Below, piece after piece: positions 9,428-18,815 of a DNA stretch of 64,000 nt. The stretch spans positions 110,313-174,312 of the forward strand of contig CAVOWQ010000030.1 in assembly GCA_963700195.1 (NCBI GenBank). The letters run 5' to 3'. This DNA is from an uncultured Alphaproteobacteria bacterium. GTDB taxonomy: Bacteria; Pseudomonadota; Alphaproteobacteria; ATCC43930; CGMCC-115725. Each line of letters starts with the position of its first letter. Position 1 is the first letter of the stretch. The notes below the pieces were generated by a model. That model did not search any database, was not told the origin of the DNA, and saw only the letters and a program-made list of their open reading frames with translations. Made by a program: the position numbers and the translations under genes.

Positions 9428-9801
9428 ATCGGCTCCCTATCGCTTAGCATAACAGCCACTTAGCGGAGATCTGGTGCGAATGTCCGCAAACCACTCAACC
9501 GAGCCGTTTGGGCTTCGATCGAGAAATGACCGCTATGTGGGGCAAACCGGCCCCCGGCCGCCGTTCGAGCCCATGAACCCTCAGTGCCGAAAACGAGCCG
9601 CGCGGCCGTAGGATATCACGCAGGCGGTTGAGGCTTTCGCTCCGGCAGGCCGACGATCGTTTGCTTCGTTTGCGGTTCGCGATCATCATCGCGCCGGGTA
9701 ATCTGCGACCGTGTTGCGGCAGAAATTATGTGCTGGTGTTTGGGCTGCTCGTTCCGGACCGGACGCGAAGATCCCACATCGTGAAAAAGGGGAAGTGGAC
9801 G

Positions 9802-10677
9802 ATGAAAGCTGGTGTGGTTTATCCGCAGACCGAGCTTGGCGGCGATACCGGGGCGGTCAAGGCGTTTGCCCAGGCGGCGGAAGCCCTGGGTTATGACCAT
9901 ATTGTGATCTACGACCATGTCCTCGGCGCCGTTCATGCCGGCAGAGAACCGAAACTGACCGGCCCCTACAAAGAAACCGATCCGTTTCACGAGCCGTTGG
10001 TCACCTACGCCTATCTCGCCGGCATCACCAAGAAGCTCGAATTGGTAACGGGCGTGATCATCCTGCCGCAGCGACAGACGGCGCTCTTCGCCAAGCAGGC
10101 AGCGGATGTCGACCTGTTCTCGGACGGCCGGCTTCGCCTGGGTGTCGGGGTCGGCTGGAACTGGGTGGAATATGACGGTCTCGAAATGTCCCGGCATTTT
10201 CGCCGCCGCGGCCGGCGGCAGGAGCATCAGATCGCCTTGCTCCGCAAGCTGTGGGAAGAGCCGGTGGTCGATCATGAAGACTCCGACCACCGGATCGACA
10301 GAGCCGGGATATTGCCGCGCCCGAAACGGCAGATCCCGATCTGGCTGGGAGGTTTCAGCGAGGCCGCGTACGACCGGGCGGCCAGGATCGGGGATGGATT
10401 TCTGTTTTCGGGCCGGACGCAAGCCGAGGCGGTCCAAATCAAGGCGAGGATCGTCGCTCAGCTGCGCGAGCTCGGAAGGGATGCCGATGCATTCGGCTTC
10501 GAGTCCATCCAGCAATACAGCCGCGGGGACAACCAATGGCCGGGCGATATTGCGGCGTGGCGCAAGGCTGGAGGGAGCCACATATCCGTCGTGACGATGG
10601 GCGCGCACCTCAACACGGTGGACGGCCACATCGAAGCCATCAAGCGTTGGCGTGACGTCTACAACTCGGTCCGTTAG
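9802..10677 (+). CDS. LLM-class (luciferase-like) oxidoreductase, probably F420-dependent (Rv2161c-like)
   Basis: ATG at 9802 after AAAAAGGGGA. MKAGVVYPQTELGGD..YDHIVIYDHVLG..GRLRLGVGVGW typical of LLM F420-type enzymes. The longer ORF from 9628 lacks a plausible N-terminus. Confidence 0.8.
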   Translation: MKAGVVYPQTELGGDTGAVKAFAQAAEALGYDHIVIYDHVLGAVHAGREPKLTGPYKETDPFHEPLVTYAYLAGITKKLELVTGVIILPQRQTALFAKQAADVDLFSDGRLRLGVGVGWNWVEYDGLEMSRHFRRRGRRQEHQIALLRKLWEEPVVDHEDSDHRIDRAGILPRPKRQIPIWLGGFSEAAYDRAARIGDGFLFSGRTQAEAVQIKARIVAQLRELGRDADAFGFESIQQYSRGDNQWPGDIAAWRKAGGSHISVVTMGAHLNTVDGHIEAIKRWRDVYNSVR

Positions 10678-10700
10678 GTGTCGGGCGGACTATTGACCGG

Positions 10701-10758
10701 ACCCCCTCACCCTTCCCTCTCCCCCAATGGGGGAGAGGGTTGTGAAGGGTTGGCGAGG
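10701..10758. repeat. GC-rich REP-like palindromic repeat (family A)
   Basis: ccctcacccttccctctcccccaatgggggagagggttgtgaagggt. Confidence 0.75.
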
Positions 10759-10770
10759 CCTAGCCGAGCC

Positions 10771-11136
10771 TTACCGAGCAACCCCCACGAGCTTGTGGCC
10801 ATCGGGGTCACGAAGATACGCGAGATAAGCGCCATTTGGGCGCTTGCCGGGCGGATCCTCGATCGACGTGCCGCCATTCGCAACGCCGGCTTTGTGCCAC
10901 GCTTCGGCTTGCGCCGCATCCTTCATGACAAAGCCGATCGTGCCGCCATTGGCGTGGCTGGCCGGTTTGCCATCGATCGGCTTGGAGACCATGAAACGGC
11001 TGCCATTGTGCGAATAAGCCAGGCGGCCGCTCGCGTCCTCTGTAGCAGGTTGAGCGCCCATTGCGGTAAAGAGGGCGTCGTAGAATTTCTTTGACCGGGC
11101 AATATCGTTGCTGCCGATCATGATGTGGCTGTACAT
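10771..11136 (-). CDS. VOC (glyoxalase/bleomycin-resistance fold) family protein
   Basis: 121 aa from ATG 11136 (AAGGAGAAAAC upstream). MYSHIMIGSNDIARSKKFYDALF..YLRDPDGHKL is a typical VOC fold sequence. Confidence 0.85.
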   Translation of the reverse strand: MYSHIMIGSNDIARSKKFYDALFTAMGAQPATEDASGRLAYSHNGSRFMVSKPIDGKPASHANGGTIGFVMKDAAQAEAWHKAGVANGGTSIEDPPGKRPNGAYLAYLRDPDGHKLVGVAR

Positions 11137-11588
11137 TTCGTTTTCTCCTTTATGTGCATTGCGCGCTCCCGCGCCTCCGTCCGTAAGCGGAAGGCGGCCT
11201 GCGGGCCGGACAGTATGACGGGTCGACGATCGGCATAGGAGCAAAATCTCTCCCACTCTATCGCCGAGTGCGGCCGCCTTTAACCCCAAGACGTTCGGGC
11301 AGCGGGGGAGCGGCCCGCTTTGGGGCGTTTGGCGGTTCAGCAACGTCTGCATAGATCTTGCGCGGGCCGACGAAGGGCGCAACCAACGCGGGTGCTTTTG
11401 CTGCTGGTTTGCCGCCGGAGCAGCAGCGGCCCGTTGGCGCTTCAATGAATGGTTGCAAGCCGCCGCGCCTGCTCGGTGCTCGCCCGCTGCGCTTTAGCCG
11501 GTCCAAAGCGGGGAGGACGACGGTAGGCGCTTGCCTCTCGGTGCCAACCCAGACGATGCGGGCTTTGCCCGCGGCGCCAAGCTCGCTG

Positions 11589-12764
11589 TCAACCTTCGCC
11601 CACCCCGGCAAAATAAAGCTTCGGGTCGGCGGCGCGGATGTGGGCTTCGGGCAGGCCGAGTTCGCGTCGGACGAGGTTGGTGCCTTCGACCAGAGAGACG
11701 CATTTGTAATAGGCGATGCGGCGGGAGAGGCCCTCGCGGCCGAAGCCGCAATCGGTGGTGACGACGAGCCGCTCGGGGGGGATGTATTCGAGCGCTTTGC
11801 GGATCAGTGCGGCGACGTGCTCGGCCGGCTCGACGACGGTGTTGCAGTGGTTGACGACGCCGATGCCGATCTTCTTATCGGTTTTGTGTTTTGCGAAGAG
11901 CGGCAGGTCCTTGCCGTCATTGCTGGCGCATTCGAAAGTGATGACGTCGCAGTCGAGCTGCAGCAGGTGGGGCAAGGCGCGCTCGTAGCTCGGCACCTCC
12001 CAATAGACGCGCTGCTGATTGGGATTGCCCCAGCAGGTATGGACCCAGATCTCGGCGTCGACGCCGGCGAGCTGGCGGTTGAACGCCTCGGTCTGGAACT
12101 CGAGATCGGCGTCGGTGCAGTCGGGCCGGGTCGTGAGGCCATGATGGCGCGGCTCCTCTACCTGGATTACCGGGCAACCGGCGGCGGCCAGTTCGCGCAA
12201 TTCGGCATTCATGATGTCGCAGAGGTCGAGCACCATCACCTTGTCGTCGGCGTAGTGCTCGTTCCACAGCATGCTCGCCAATGCCGGCGCGCAGATCGCG
12301 CCGAATTTGACCGGGCGGTCGGTGAGCCGCTGTGCGATCTGCCACAATGCCGCGTATTCGAGCGGCCCGCGGCTGAGCTTGTCTTTCACGATCGCCGGCT
12401 GGTAGGCCTCCTGCACTTCCCACAGGATCTTGCCCGGGCGGATGTCGTGCCGCGCCATCCAGCCCTGTGAGGTGCTGCGGTGGCCGTGAATGCCGCCCAA
12501 GCGCTCGATCGGATAGAAGAACCACGATTTGCCGCCGACCGCGAGGTCGAACCGGCTGTCGCCGTCGGTCACGATGTCGAGCCCGGCTGCCTCCTGCGCG
12601 TTGATGATTGCCGCGACGGCGTCGAGATACTGCTCGCGAAACAGCGAGTTGCCAAGCGCCGCCTTGAACGACCGGCCGCCGAGGCTTGTGTCGTACCATA
12701 AAGGGCGTGGGTAAGAGCCAGTGATCGCGGTCGGCAGGATCATATCGCGCGTGGTCTTCAGCAT
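11589..12764 (-). CDS. cobalamin-independent methionine synthase II family protein (MetE C-terminal-domain-like)
   Basis: 391 aa. ITGSYPRP N-terminus, VHTCWGN and TTDCGFG zinc-ligand motifs of the MetE/UROD-like family. Confidence 0.85.
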   Translation of the reverse strand: MLKTTRDMILPTAITGSYPRPLWYDTSLGGRSFKAALGNSLFREQYLDAVAAIINAQEAAGLDIVTDGDSRFDLAVGGKSWFFYPIERLGGIHGHRSTSQGWMARHDIRPGKILWEVQEAYQPAIVKDKLSRGPLEYAALWQIAQRLTDRPVKFGAICAPALASMLWNEHYADDKVMVLDLCDIMNAELRELAAAGCPVIQVEEPRHHGLTTRPDCTDADLEFQTEAFNRQLAGVDAEIWVHTCWGNPNQQRVYWEVPSYERALPHLLQLDCDVITFECASNDGKDLPLFAKHKTDKKIGIGVVNHCNTVVEPAEHVAALIRKALEYIPPERLVVTTDCGFGREGLSRRIAYYKCVSLVEGTNLVRRELGLPEAHIRAADPKLYFAGVGEG

Positions 12765-12841
12765 CGCTCGGCGCCCCTATTCTCTGGTGGATGTTTATCT
12801 GCCATATAGGGAGCATTATGACAGACAGATGGTGATGTGTC

Positions 12842-13090
12842 ATGCGGGCCCGGACTCGGATCAATCAGCAGGGTCGCATCGTCATCCCGGCGGAATGCCG
12901 CGCCGCAGCCGGTATCAAGGCCGGTGACGAGCTGCTGATCGAGGCGATCGGCGAGGGCGAATTGCGACTGCGTACCCCGGAGCAAGCGATCAAAGCGGCG
13001 CAGGCAATCGTAGCGCGCCACGTGCCGAAAGACCGCGATCTTGTCGCCGAGCTGATCGCCGAGCGCCGGGCAGAAGCAAAGCGTGAATGA
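12842..13090 (+). CDS. vapB: AbrB/MazE/SpoVT-family antitoxin (VapB)
   Basis: 82 aa. INQQGRIVIPAECRAAAGIKAGDEL is a SpoVT-AbrB swapped-hairpin motif. Overlaps the PIN gene by 8 nt. Confidence 0.85.
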   Translation: MRARTRINQQGRIVIPAECRAAAGIKAGDELLIEAIGEGELRLRTPEQAIKAAQAIVARHVPKDRDLVAELIAERRAEAKRE

Positions 13091-13472
13091 GCGCGTTGCC
13101 ATTGCGGATGCTTCCGCCGTCCTTGCGTTACTGAAGCAGGAGCCGTTCTCGAAACTTGATCCTCGCCGGCTCTTTCGGGCGACGATCAGCGCAGTCAATC
13201 TATCCGAGGTCTTGGAAAGGCTCTGTTCCGGGGGCCTCAGTGAGAGGGAAGCGGAGGAAGCCGTCGCGGAACTGTCTTTAGAGGTAGCTGATTTTGACGA
13301 GGCGCAGGCGCGCCTGGCCGCATATTTGCGGTCGCGGACCCGTCGCGCCGGGCTCTCCCTCGGCGACCGCGCCTGTTTGGCGTTGGGATTGCACCTCGGA
13401 CGCCCAGTGATCACAGCCGATCGTGTGTGGGCGAGACTCGATGTCGGAGTCGAGGTTCTGTTGATCCGTTGA
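13083..13472 (+). CDS. vapC: PIN-domain toxin (VapC)
   Basis: 129 aa. N-terminal IADASAVLALL (first acidic residue), SAVNLSEV, LSLGDRACLALG, ITADR are PIN signatures. Confidence 0.85.
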   Translation: MNERVAIADASAVLALLKQEPFSKLDPRRLFRATISAVNLSEVLERLCSGGLSEREAEEAVAELSLEVADFDEAQARLAAYLRSRTRRAGLSLGDRACLALGLHLGRPVITADRVWARLDVGVEVLLIR

Positions 13473-13544
13473 GCACCGCCTTTCACCCGACCGCTGGAGC
13501 GGTTAATTTTTGAAAACGGGGCTCAACCTATCCCGGAGGCGTCG

Positions 13545-14513
13545 ATGAAGGAATTCACGGGCAGAATTGCGGTCGTGACCGGCGGCGGCTCGGGCATGGG
13601 ACGCGAGCTCGTCCGCCAGCTGGCCGCGGAGGGCTGTAATGTCGCGATGTGCGATGTCTCCGAAGAGGGGATGGCGGAAACCCGTCGGCTGTGCGAGGCG
13701 GCGGGATTGCCGCAAGGCCTGCGCGTCTCGGCGCATCTCGCCGATGTCTCCGACGAGGCGCAGGTCGAGAGATTTCGCGAGGAAGTCGGCGAGCGCCACG
13801 GTACAGATATAGTCCATCTGCTCTTCAACAACGCTGGTATCGGCGGTGGCGGCAGTATGTTCGCGCACAGCCGAGAGGAATGGGAGCGGACCTTCAACAT
13901 TTGTTGGGGCGGCGTCTACAACTGCACCCGTGCCTTTCTGCCGATGCTGCAGAAGGCGGAGGAGGGCCACATCGTCAATACCAGCAGCGTCAACGGTTTC
14001 TGGGCGTCTGTGGGACCGCGCATTCCGCACACCGCCTATTGCGCGGCAAAGTTCGCGGTGAAAGGTTTTACCGAGGCGCTGATCACCGATCTCAAGATCA
14101 ACGCGCCACACATCAAATGCTCGGTCGTCATGCCCGGCCATATCGGCACCTCGATCCCGCTCAACTCGCGCAAGATTCAAGGCGGCAACTTGTCTGATGA
14201 CATCGATCAGAGGCAGATTGCTCAAGCGCGGGCGCGCATTGCCTCGATGGGCCGAGACGTGGCGAGCCTGTCGGATGACGACATTCGAAAGGCTGTAGCC
14301 GAGCGCGAGCGCCGCTTTCGCGAGGAGGCGCCGACGAGCGCCGCCGAGGCGGCGACAATCATTCTCGACGGGGTCAAGGCCGACAAATGGCGCATCCTGG
14401 TCGGCAACGATGCGCACCAAATCGATGAATTGGTCCGGGAGGACCCGGAGCGGGCCTACGACCTCGACTTCTTCGAGAGCTTTGCCGCCAAGGCCGGATG
14501 GCGCATCCCGTGA
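13545..14513 (+). CDS. SDR family oxidoreductase
   Basis: 322 aa. VVTGGGSGMG Rossmann motif, NNAG, YCAAK catalytic motif. Confidence 0.9.
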   Translation: MKEFTGRIAVVTGGGSGMGRELVRQLAAEGCNVAMCDVSEEGMAETRRLCEAAGLPQGLRVSAHLADVSDEAQVERFREEVGERHGTDIVHLLFNNAGIGGGGSMFAHSREEWERTFNICWGGVYNCTRAFLPMLQKAEEGHIVNTSSVNGFWASVGPRIPHTAYCAAKFAVKGFTEALITDLKINAPHIKCSVVMPGHIGTSIPLNSRKIQGGNLSDDIDQRQIAQARARIASMGRDVASLSDDDIRKAVAERERRFREEAPTSAAEAATIILDGVKADKWRILVGNDAHQIDELVREDPERAYDLDFFESFAAKAGWRIP

Positions 14514-14517
14514 TCCG

Positions 14518-15615
14518 CTAATCGAATGTGAGCACGGTGCGGGCGACTTCGCCGGCTTTCATTGCGCGGAAAGCTTCGTTGATGTCGCCGAGGCGGCCGC
14601 GCCTAGTGACCATGTCGTCGAGCTTGAGGCGCCCCTGGCGGTAGAAATCGAGATAGAGCGGAATGTCGTAGCGGAAGCGGTTGGAGCCCATGCGCGAGGT
14701 CTGCACCTTGCATTCCGGGCGGATCGCCATCCACGGGAATTCGATCATCGCATCCGGCGGCAATACGCCGACGATTGTCGCAGTGCCGCGGATTGCGAGG
14801 CTCTCGATCGCCTGGCGCACCAGCTTGGCGTTGCCGACCGCCTCGAAGGCATGGTCGACGCCGGCGCCGCCGGTCAAGGTGCGCACGGCCTTGACCGGGT
14901 CGTCCTCGGCACTGTTGACGAAATCGGTCGCACCGGCGCGCACCGCCATCTCGCGCTTTGATTCGAACATATCGACGCCGATGATCCGACGGGCCCCGCC
15001 GATCCGAGCGCCCTGGATGATGGACAAACCGACGCCGCCGCAGCCGAACACCGCCACGGTCTGCCCCGCTTCAAGCCCCGAACTGCGCAACGCCGCGCCA
15101 ACGCCGGTCAAGACTCCGCAGCCGACCAGCGCGGCGCGGTCGAGCGGCAATTCGGGGTCGATCTTCACCAGCGAATTCTCGTGCAGCAGCATCTTCTCGG
15201 CATAGCTCGAAATGCCGATGAACTGGCGCAGCGGCTGCCCCCTCTGCGACAGGCGCGGGGCCGCACTGTCGGGCCGCGTAACGATACCGCCGGTGCACAA
15301 ATTCGGATGCCCCGAAAGACATTGCGGGCAATTGCCGCAAAAACCCGAGAGGCAGGCCACCACGTGATCCCCCGGCTTGACCGTCGTCACATCCGCGCCG
15401 ACCGTCTCTACGACTCCTGCGCCTTCATGGCCGAGCACGATCGGCCGGTCGAGCGGGAACCGCCCGATCCCGTCGACGACATGCAGATCGCTGTGACACA
15501 CGCCGGTGGCCGCGGTGCGGACCAGCACCTCGCGCGCCCACGGCTTGTCAATCTCCACCGCCTCGATCGTCAGCGGCTCCTGCACCTTGCGGAAAACGGC
15601 AGCTTCGATCTCCAT
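14518..15615 (-). CDS. zinc-dependent alcohol dehydrogenase family protein
   Basis: ATG at 15615 (MEIEAAVF..). GVCHSDLH, GHEGAG, CGNCPQC structural-zinc motif, GCGGVG NAD motif. Starts 22 nt after the fbiC stop. Confidence 0.9.
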   Translation of the reverse strand: MEIEAAVFRKVQEPLTIEAVEIDKPWAREVLVRTAATGVCHSDLHVVDGIGRFPLDRPIVLGHEGAGVVETVGADVTTVKPGDHVVACLSGFCGNCPQCLSGHPNLCTGGIVTRPDSAAPRLSQRGQPLRQFIGISSYAEKMLLHENSLVKIDPELPLDRAALVGCGVLTGVGAALRSSGLEAGQTVAVFGCGGVGLSIIQGARIGGARRIIGVDMFESKREMAVRAGATDFVNSAEDDPVKAVRTLTGGAGVDHAFEAVGNAKLVRQAIESLAIRGTATIVGVLPPDAMIEFPWMAIRPECKVQTSRMGSNRFRYDIPLYLDFYRQGRLKLDDMVTRRGRLGDINEAFRAMKAGEVARTVLTFD

Positions 15616-15637
15616 GGCGACCCTCCCGGGAAAATTT

Positions 15638-18152
15638 TTAGTCGGCGGCGGCGCTCTGCGGCTGCCGTTCATAGCGCCGCGCCGGCGTGTTTATCGGCTC
15701 GGCAAGTACAGCGGCTCCGAAGGAGGCGGCCTTGCGGCCGGCAGGCGCGTCACCATAGAGAGTGGTGCGCTGGCGCGGCTCGCGCCCCAGTGAGCGGATC
15801 AACGCCTCCATGTTCTCGGGCGGCATCTCCTGGCCGTGCACAGCGCCCGCGGCGCGGGTGATGCTCTCGTTCATCAAGGTGCCGCCGAGATCGTTGGCGC
15901 CGGCCTTCAGACACGCGGCGGCGCCGCCGGTGCCCATCTTGACCCAGGAGGTCTGGATGTTGGTGATGACCGGGTGCAGCACGAGGCGCGAGACGGCGTG
16001 CATGAGCACCGCCTCGCGGTAGGTCGGGCCGCGGCGGGCGCGGCCCTTGAGGTAAATGGGGGTTTCCATTGGCACAAAGGGCAGCGGCACGAACTCGGTG
16101 AAACCGCCGGTCCGGGTCTGCAATGCGCGAATCCGCAAGAGGTGCCGCGCCCAGTGCTCATACCGGTCGACATGCCCGTACATGATCGTGACGGTGCTGC
16201 GCAGCCCGACAGCGTGCGCGGCTTCCATTACTTCGAGCCACTGGCCGGTTTTGATCTTGTCCGGGCAGATCACGGCGCGGACCTCGTCATCGAGGATCTC
16301 GGCAGCAGTGCCGGGCAGCGAGCTCAGCCCGGCCGCCTTCAGCTCGCGCAGGAAATCGGGGACCGTGCGGCCGAGAGTCTTGGCGCCTTGCCAGATCTCG
16401 AGCGGCGAGAAGGCGTGGATGTGGATGTCGGGCACGACCTCCTTGATCGCACGGCAGATCCTGAGGTAGGTCGCGCCGGTATATTCCGGGTGGATGCCGC
16501 CCTGCATGCAGACTTCGGTCGCGCCGCGGTCCCAGGCTTCCTCGACCCGCCGCTGGATCTCCGGGAGATCGAGGTCGTAAGGCCGCCCACGCAGGTTTTC
16601 GGTGAGCTTGCCCTTGGAAAACGCGCAGAACTGGCAGCGGAAGTAGCAGACATTCGTGTAGTTGATGTTGCGGGTCACGACGTAGCTGACCGTGTCGCCA
16701 TTGACCCGTTGCCGCAGCTCGTCGGCTGCGCGGCACACCGCATCGAATTCCGCCCCGCGAGCAGCGAAGAGCCGCACGATGTCGGCTTCGCCGAGCATCT
16801 CTCCAGCCGCCGCCCGTTCCAGAATCTCGGCGACCTGCCCCTCACCCTCCCGCTTCGCGGGCCCTTCCCTCTCCCCGCTGAAGCGGGGAGAGGGGCTTTT
16901 CGCTGCCTTCTCCCTCGCCCCGCTTGCGGGGAGAGGGTTGGGGTGAGGGGGACTTACTAGAGGCGGTTCGATACCCGCTCCGGGTACCCAGTCGTCGGTT
17001 CGCGCAAGACCATCGCCATCGATCGCGCGAAGCACCGCGGTGCGCAGCGCCGGGTCGACCCAACGCTCCACGTCGCGCGCGTAAGCCGGGTAGATCGCCA
17101 GCCGTTCGACCAGCATTTTGCCGGCCGCGGCAGTCTCTTCGGCCAGCCGGTCGAGCGCGGGCCATGGCCTTTCGGGGTTGACGTGATCGAGGGTGACCGG
17201 CGAGACGCCGCCCCAATCATTGATGCCGGCGGCGATCATCTCGGCGAGCGCGCCGGGGTTCAGGTTGGGGGGCGCCTGGATGTTCATCTCCGGGCCGAAG
17301 ATCAGCCGCGCGACGGCAATGGTCCAGAGGTGATCGTCGAGGTCGGGCTCCGGCGCTTGCGCCATGCGCGTCCCCGGCTTGGCCCGAAAATTCTGAATGA
17401 TGATCTCCTGCACATGCCCATAGCGGTCGTGCAGGTCGCGCAGCGCCAACAATGCCTCGATGCGCTCGCGCCGGGTCTCGCCGATGCCGATCAGGATGCC
17501 GGTGGTGAACGGCACCGCCGCCTCGCCGGCGGCGCGGATGGTTTCGAGACGCAGCGCCGGGTCCTTGTCGGGCGAGCCGAAATGCGGCCCGCCGCGGCGG
17601 CGCAACCGCTCGGCCGCGCTCTCCAGCATGATGCCCTGAGAGACCGAGACCTGACGCAGCCGGTCAATATCGGCGCGGGTCATGATGCCGGGGTTGAGAT
17701 GCGGCAACAGCCCAGTCTCACGCAACACCAGCCCCGCCATGTCCGCGAGGTACGAAAGGGTGGTCTCGTGGCCGAGCCGCGCCAGCGCTTCGCGCGCCGC
17801 GCCGTACCGCAACTCGGGCTTGTCGCCCAAGGTGAACAGCGCCTCGTGGCAGCCGGCGCGCGCGCCGGCGCGGGCGATCTCCAGCACTTGCTCGGCGCTC
17901 AGATAGGCAGGCTCGCCGGCGCGCGGCGGATGGGCAAAGGTGCAGTAATGGCAGACATCCCGGCACAGCTGGGTCAGCGGGATGAAGACCTTGCGCGAAT
18001 ACGACACGAGGCCGCCATGCGCCTCGTCGCGCAGCGCCGCTGCAACCCTCATCAGCGAGCTGCAGATCAGAGTGATCGGCGAGCGCCAACGCCTCGGCCG
18101 CCGACAGACGCCGCCCGGCCTCGACGCGTGACAAGATCTCGTCGGTGGTCAT
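15638..18152 (-). CDS. fbiC: FO synthase, fused CofG+CofH (FbiC); apparent 1-nt frameshift near 18059; REP-derived insert in the interdomain linker
   Basis: Two radical-SAM modules (CRDVCHYCTF and CYFRCQFCAF). The listed 804-aa ORF starts at 18052. MTTDEILSRVEAGRRLSAAEALALADHSDLQ is encoded in another frame from ATG 18152, which overlaps the cofC stop (ATGA). Skipping one base at about 18059/18060 joins DLQ-SLMRVAAALRDEAHGG. Confidence 0.9.
16838..16951. repeat. REP-like repeat cluster (family A) lying in frame inside fbiC
   Basis: cccctcaccctcc..ctctccccgctgaagcggggagagg..ctcgccccgcttgcggggagagggttggggtgaggggg. Translated in the fbiC frame as PHPNPLPASGAREKAAKSPSPRFSGEREGPAKREGEG between the CofG and CofH modules. 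Confidence 0.85.
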
Positions 18153-18814
18153 ACCCAAGCGTCTCCTATGGCTGCCGCGGCACGCTGCAGGTCCAGCAGT
18201 GCATGCGCCCGCGTCTCTGCCGGCACAAGCGTTAACGCGGCCAGATCCTCCGGCGTATCGACATCGAGCGCAATGCCCGGCAGGCGCAGCACGGTCGGGC
18301 GGATGCCGCATGCCTCGGCCGCCAGCAAATGCGGGAAGAAGCTGTCCTCGCCAAAGCGCAAGGACACGGCACCGGGCGGCGAGCAGATGATCGCGTTCGA
18401 CCCTCGCTCGTCGCGCGACGGGGCGATCGTAAACGCCGGCGCCGGGCGATGGGCGGCGAGAAGCTGCGTGATCTCGGTAGGAGTAACGAGCGGAATGTCG
18501 CCGGGCACGGTCAGCATGCCGGGACACCCCTCCGCGGCGAGAAGCCTTGCCGCCGCCGCAACCGCTCCGCTGTGCCCGTCGCGGGCGCCGATTTCGATAA
18601 TGCGGGCGCCATAGCGCTCCGCCAGTCGGCGCGCCGCCGCGTCGACCGTCACGACCGCCAGCCCGCCGAGACCCGGCGTCGCGGCGAGCGCCGTCAATAC
18701 ATCCTCGAGCATCGCCAGCATCAGCGCCCGCCGCCGCTCGGGCGGCAGCGCCGGCGCCAGCCGCTCCTTGGCCCGATCCAACTCCTTGACCGGAACGACC
18801 GCCCACACACCCAT
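18149..18814 (-). CDS. cofC: 2-phospho-L-lactate (or related) guanylyltransferase CofC/FbiD
   Basis: MGVWAVVPVKELDRAKERL..GMLTVPGDIPL typical CofC. ATG 18814 lies 1 nt after the cofD stop. An in-frame GTG at 18823 is an alternative start. Confidence 0.85.
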   Translation of the reverse strand: MGVWAVVPVKELDRAKERLAPALPPERRRALMLAMLEDVLTALAATPGLGGLAVVTVDAAARRLAERYGARIIEIGARDGHSGAVAAAARLLAAEGCPGMLTVPGDIPLVTPTEITQLLAAHRPAPAFTIAPSRDERGSNAIICSPPGAVSLRFGEDSFFPHLLAAEACGIRPTVLRLPGIALDVDTPEDLAALTLVPAETRAHALLDLQRAAAAIGDAWV

Positions 18815-18815
18815 T

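Noticed and set aside
9480-9620. tRNA-like T-arm string (cgttcgagccc) and possible small RNA
   Set aside because: No acceptor stem, anticodon arm or D-arm can be folded around it. I treat it as ordinary intergenic sequence.
11137-11588. 450-bp gap with a 117-aa minus-strand ORF (11258-11611) and other small ORFs
   Set aside because: The ORF overlaps the end of the MetE-like gene, is Pro/Arg/Ala-rich, and has no SD or recognisable fold. I cannot support a gene here. It may be a degraded remnant or a long promoter region.
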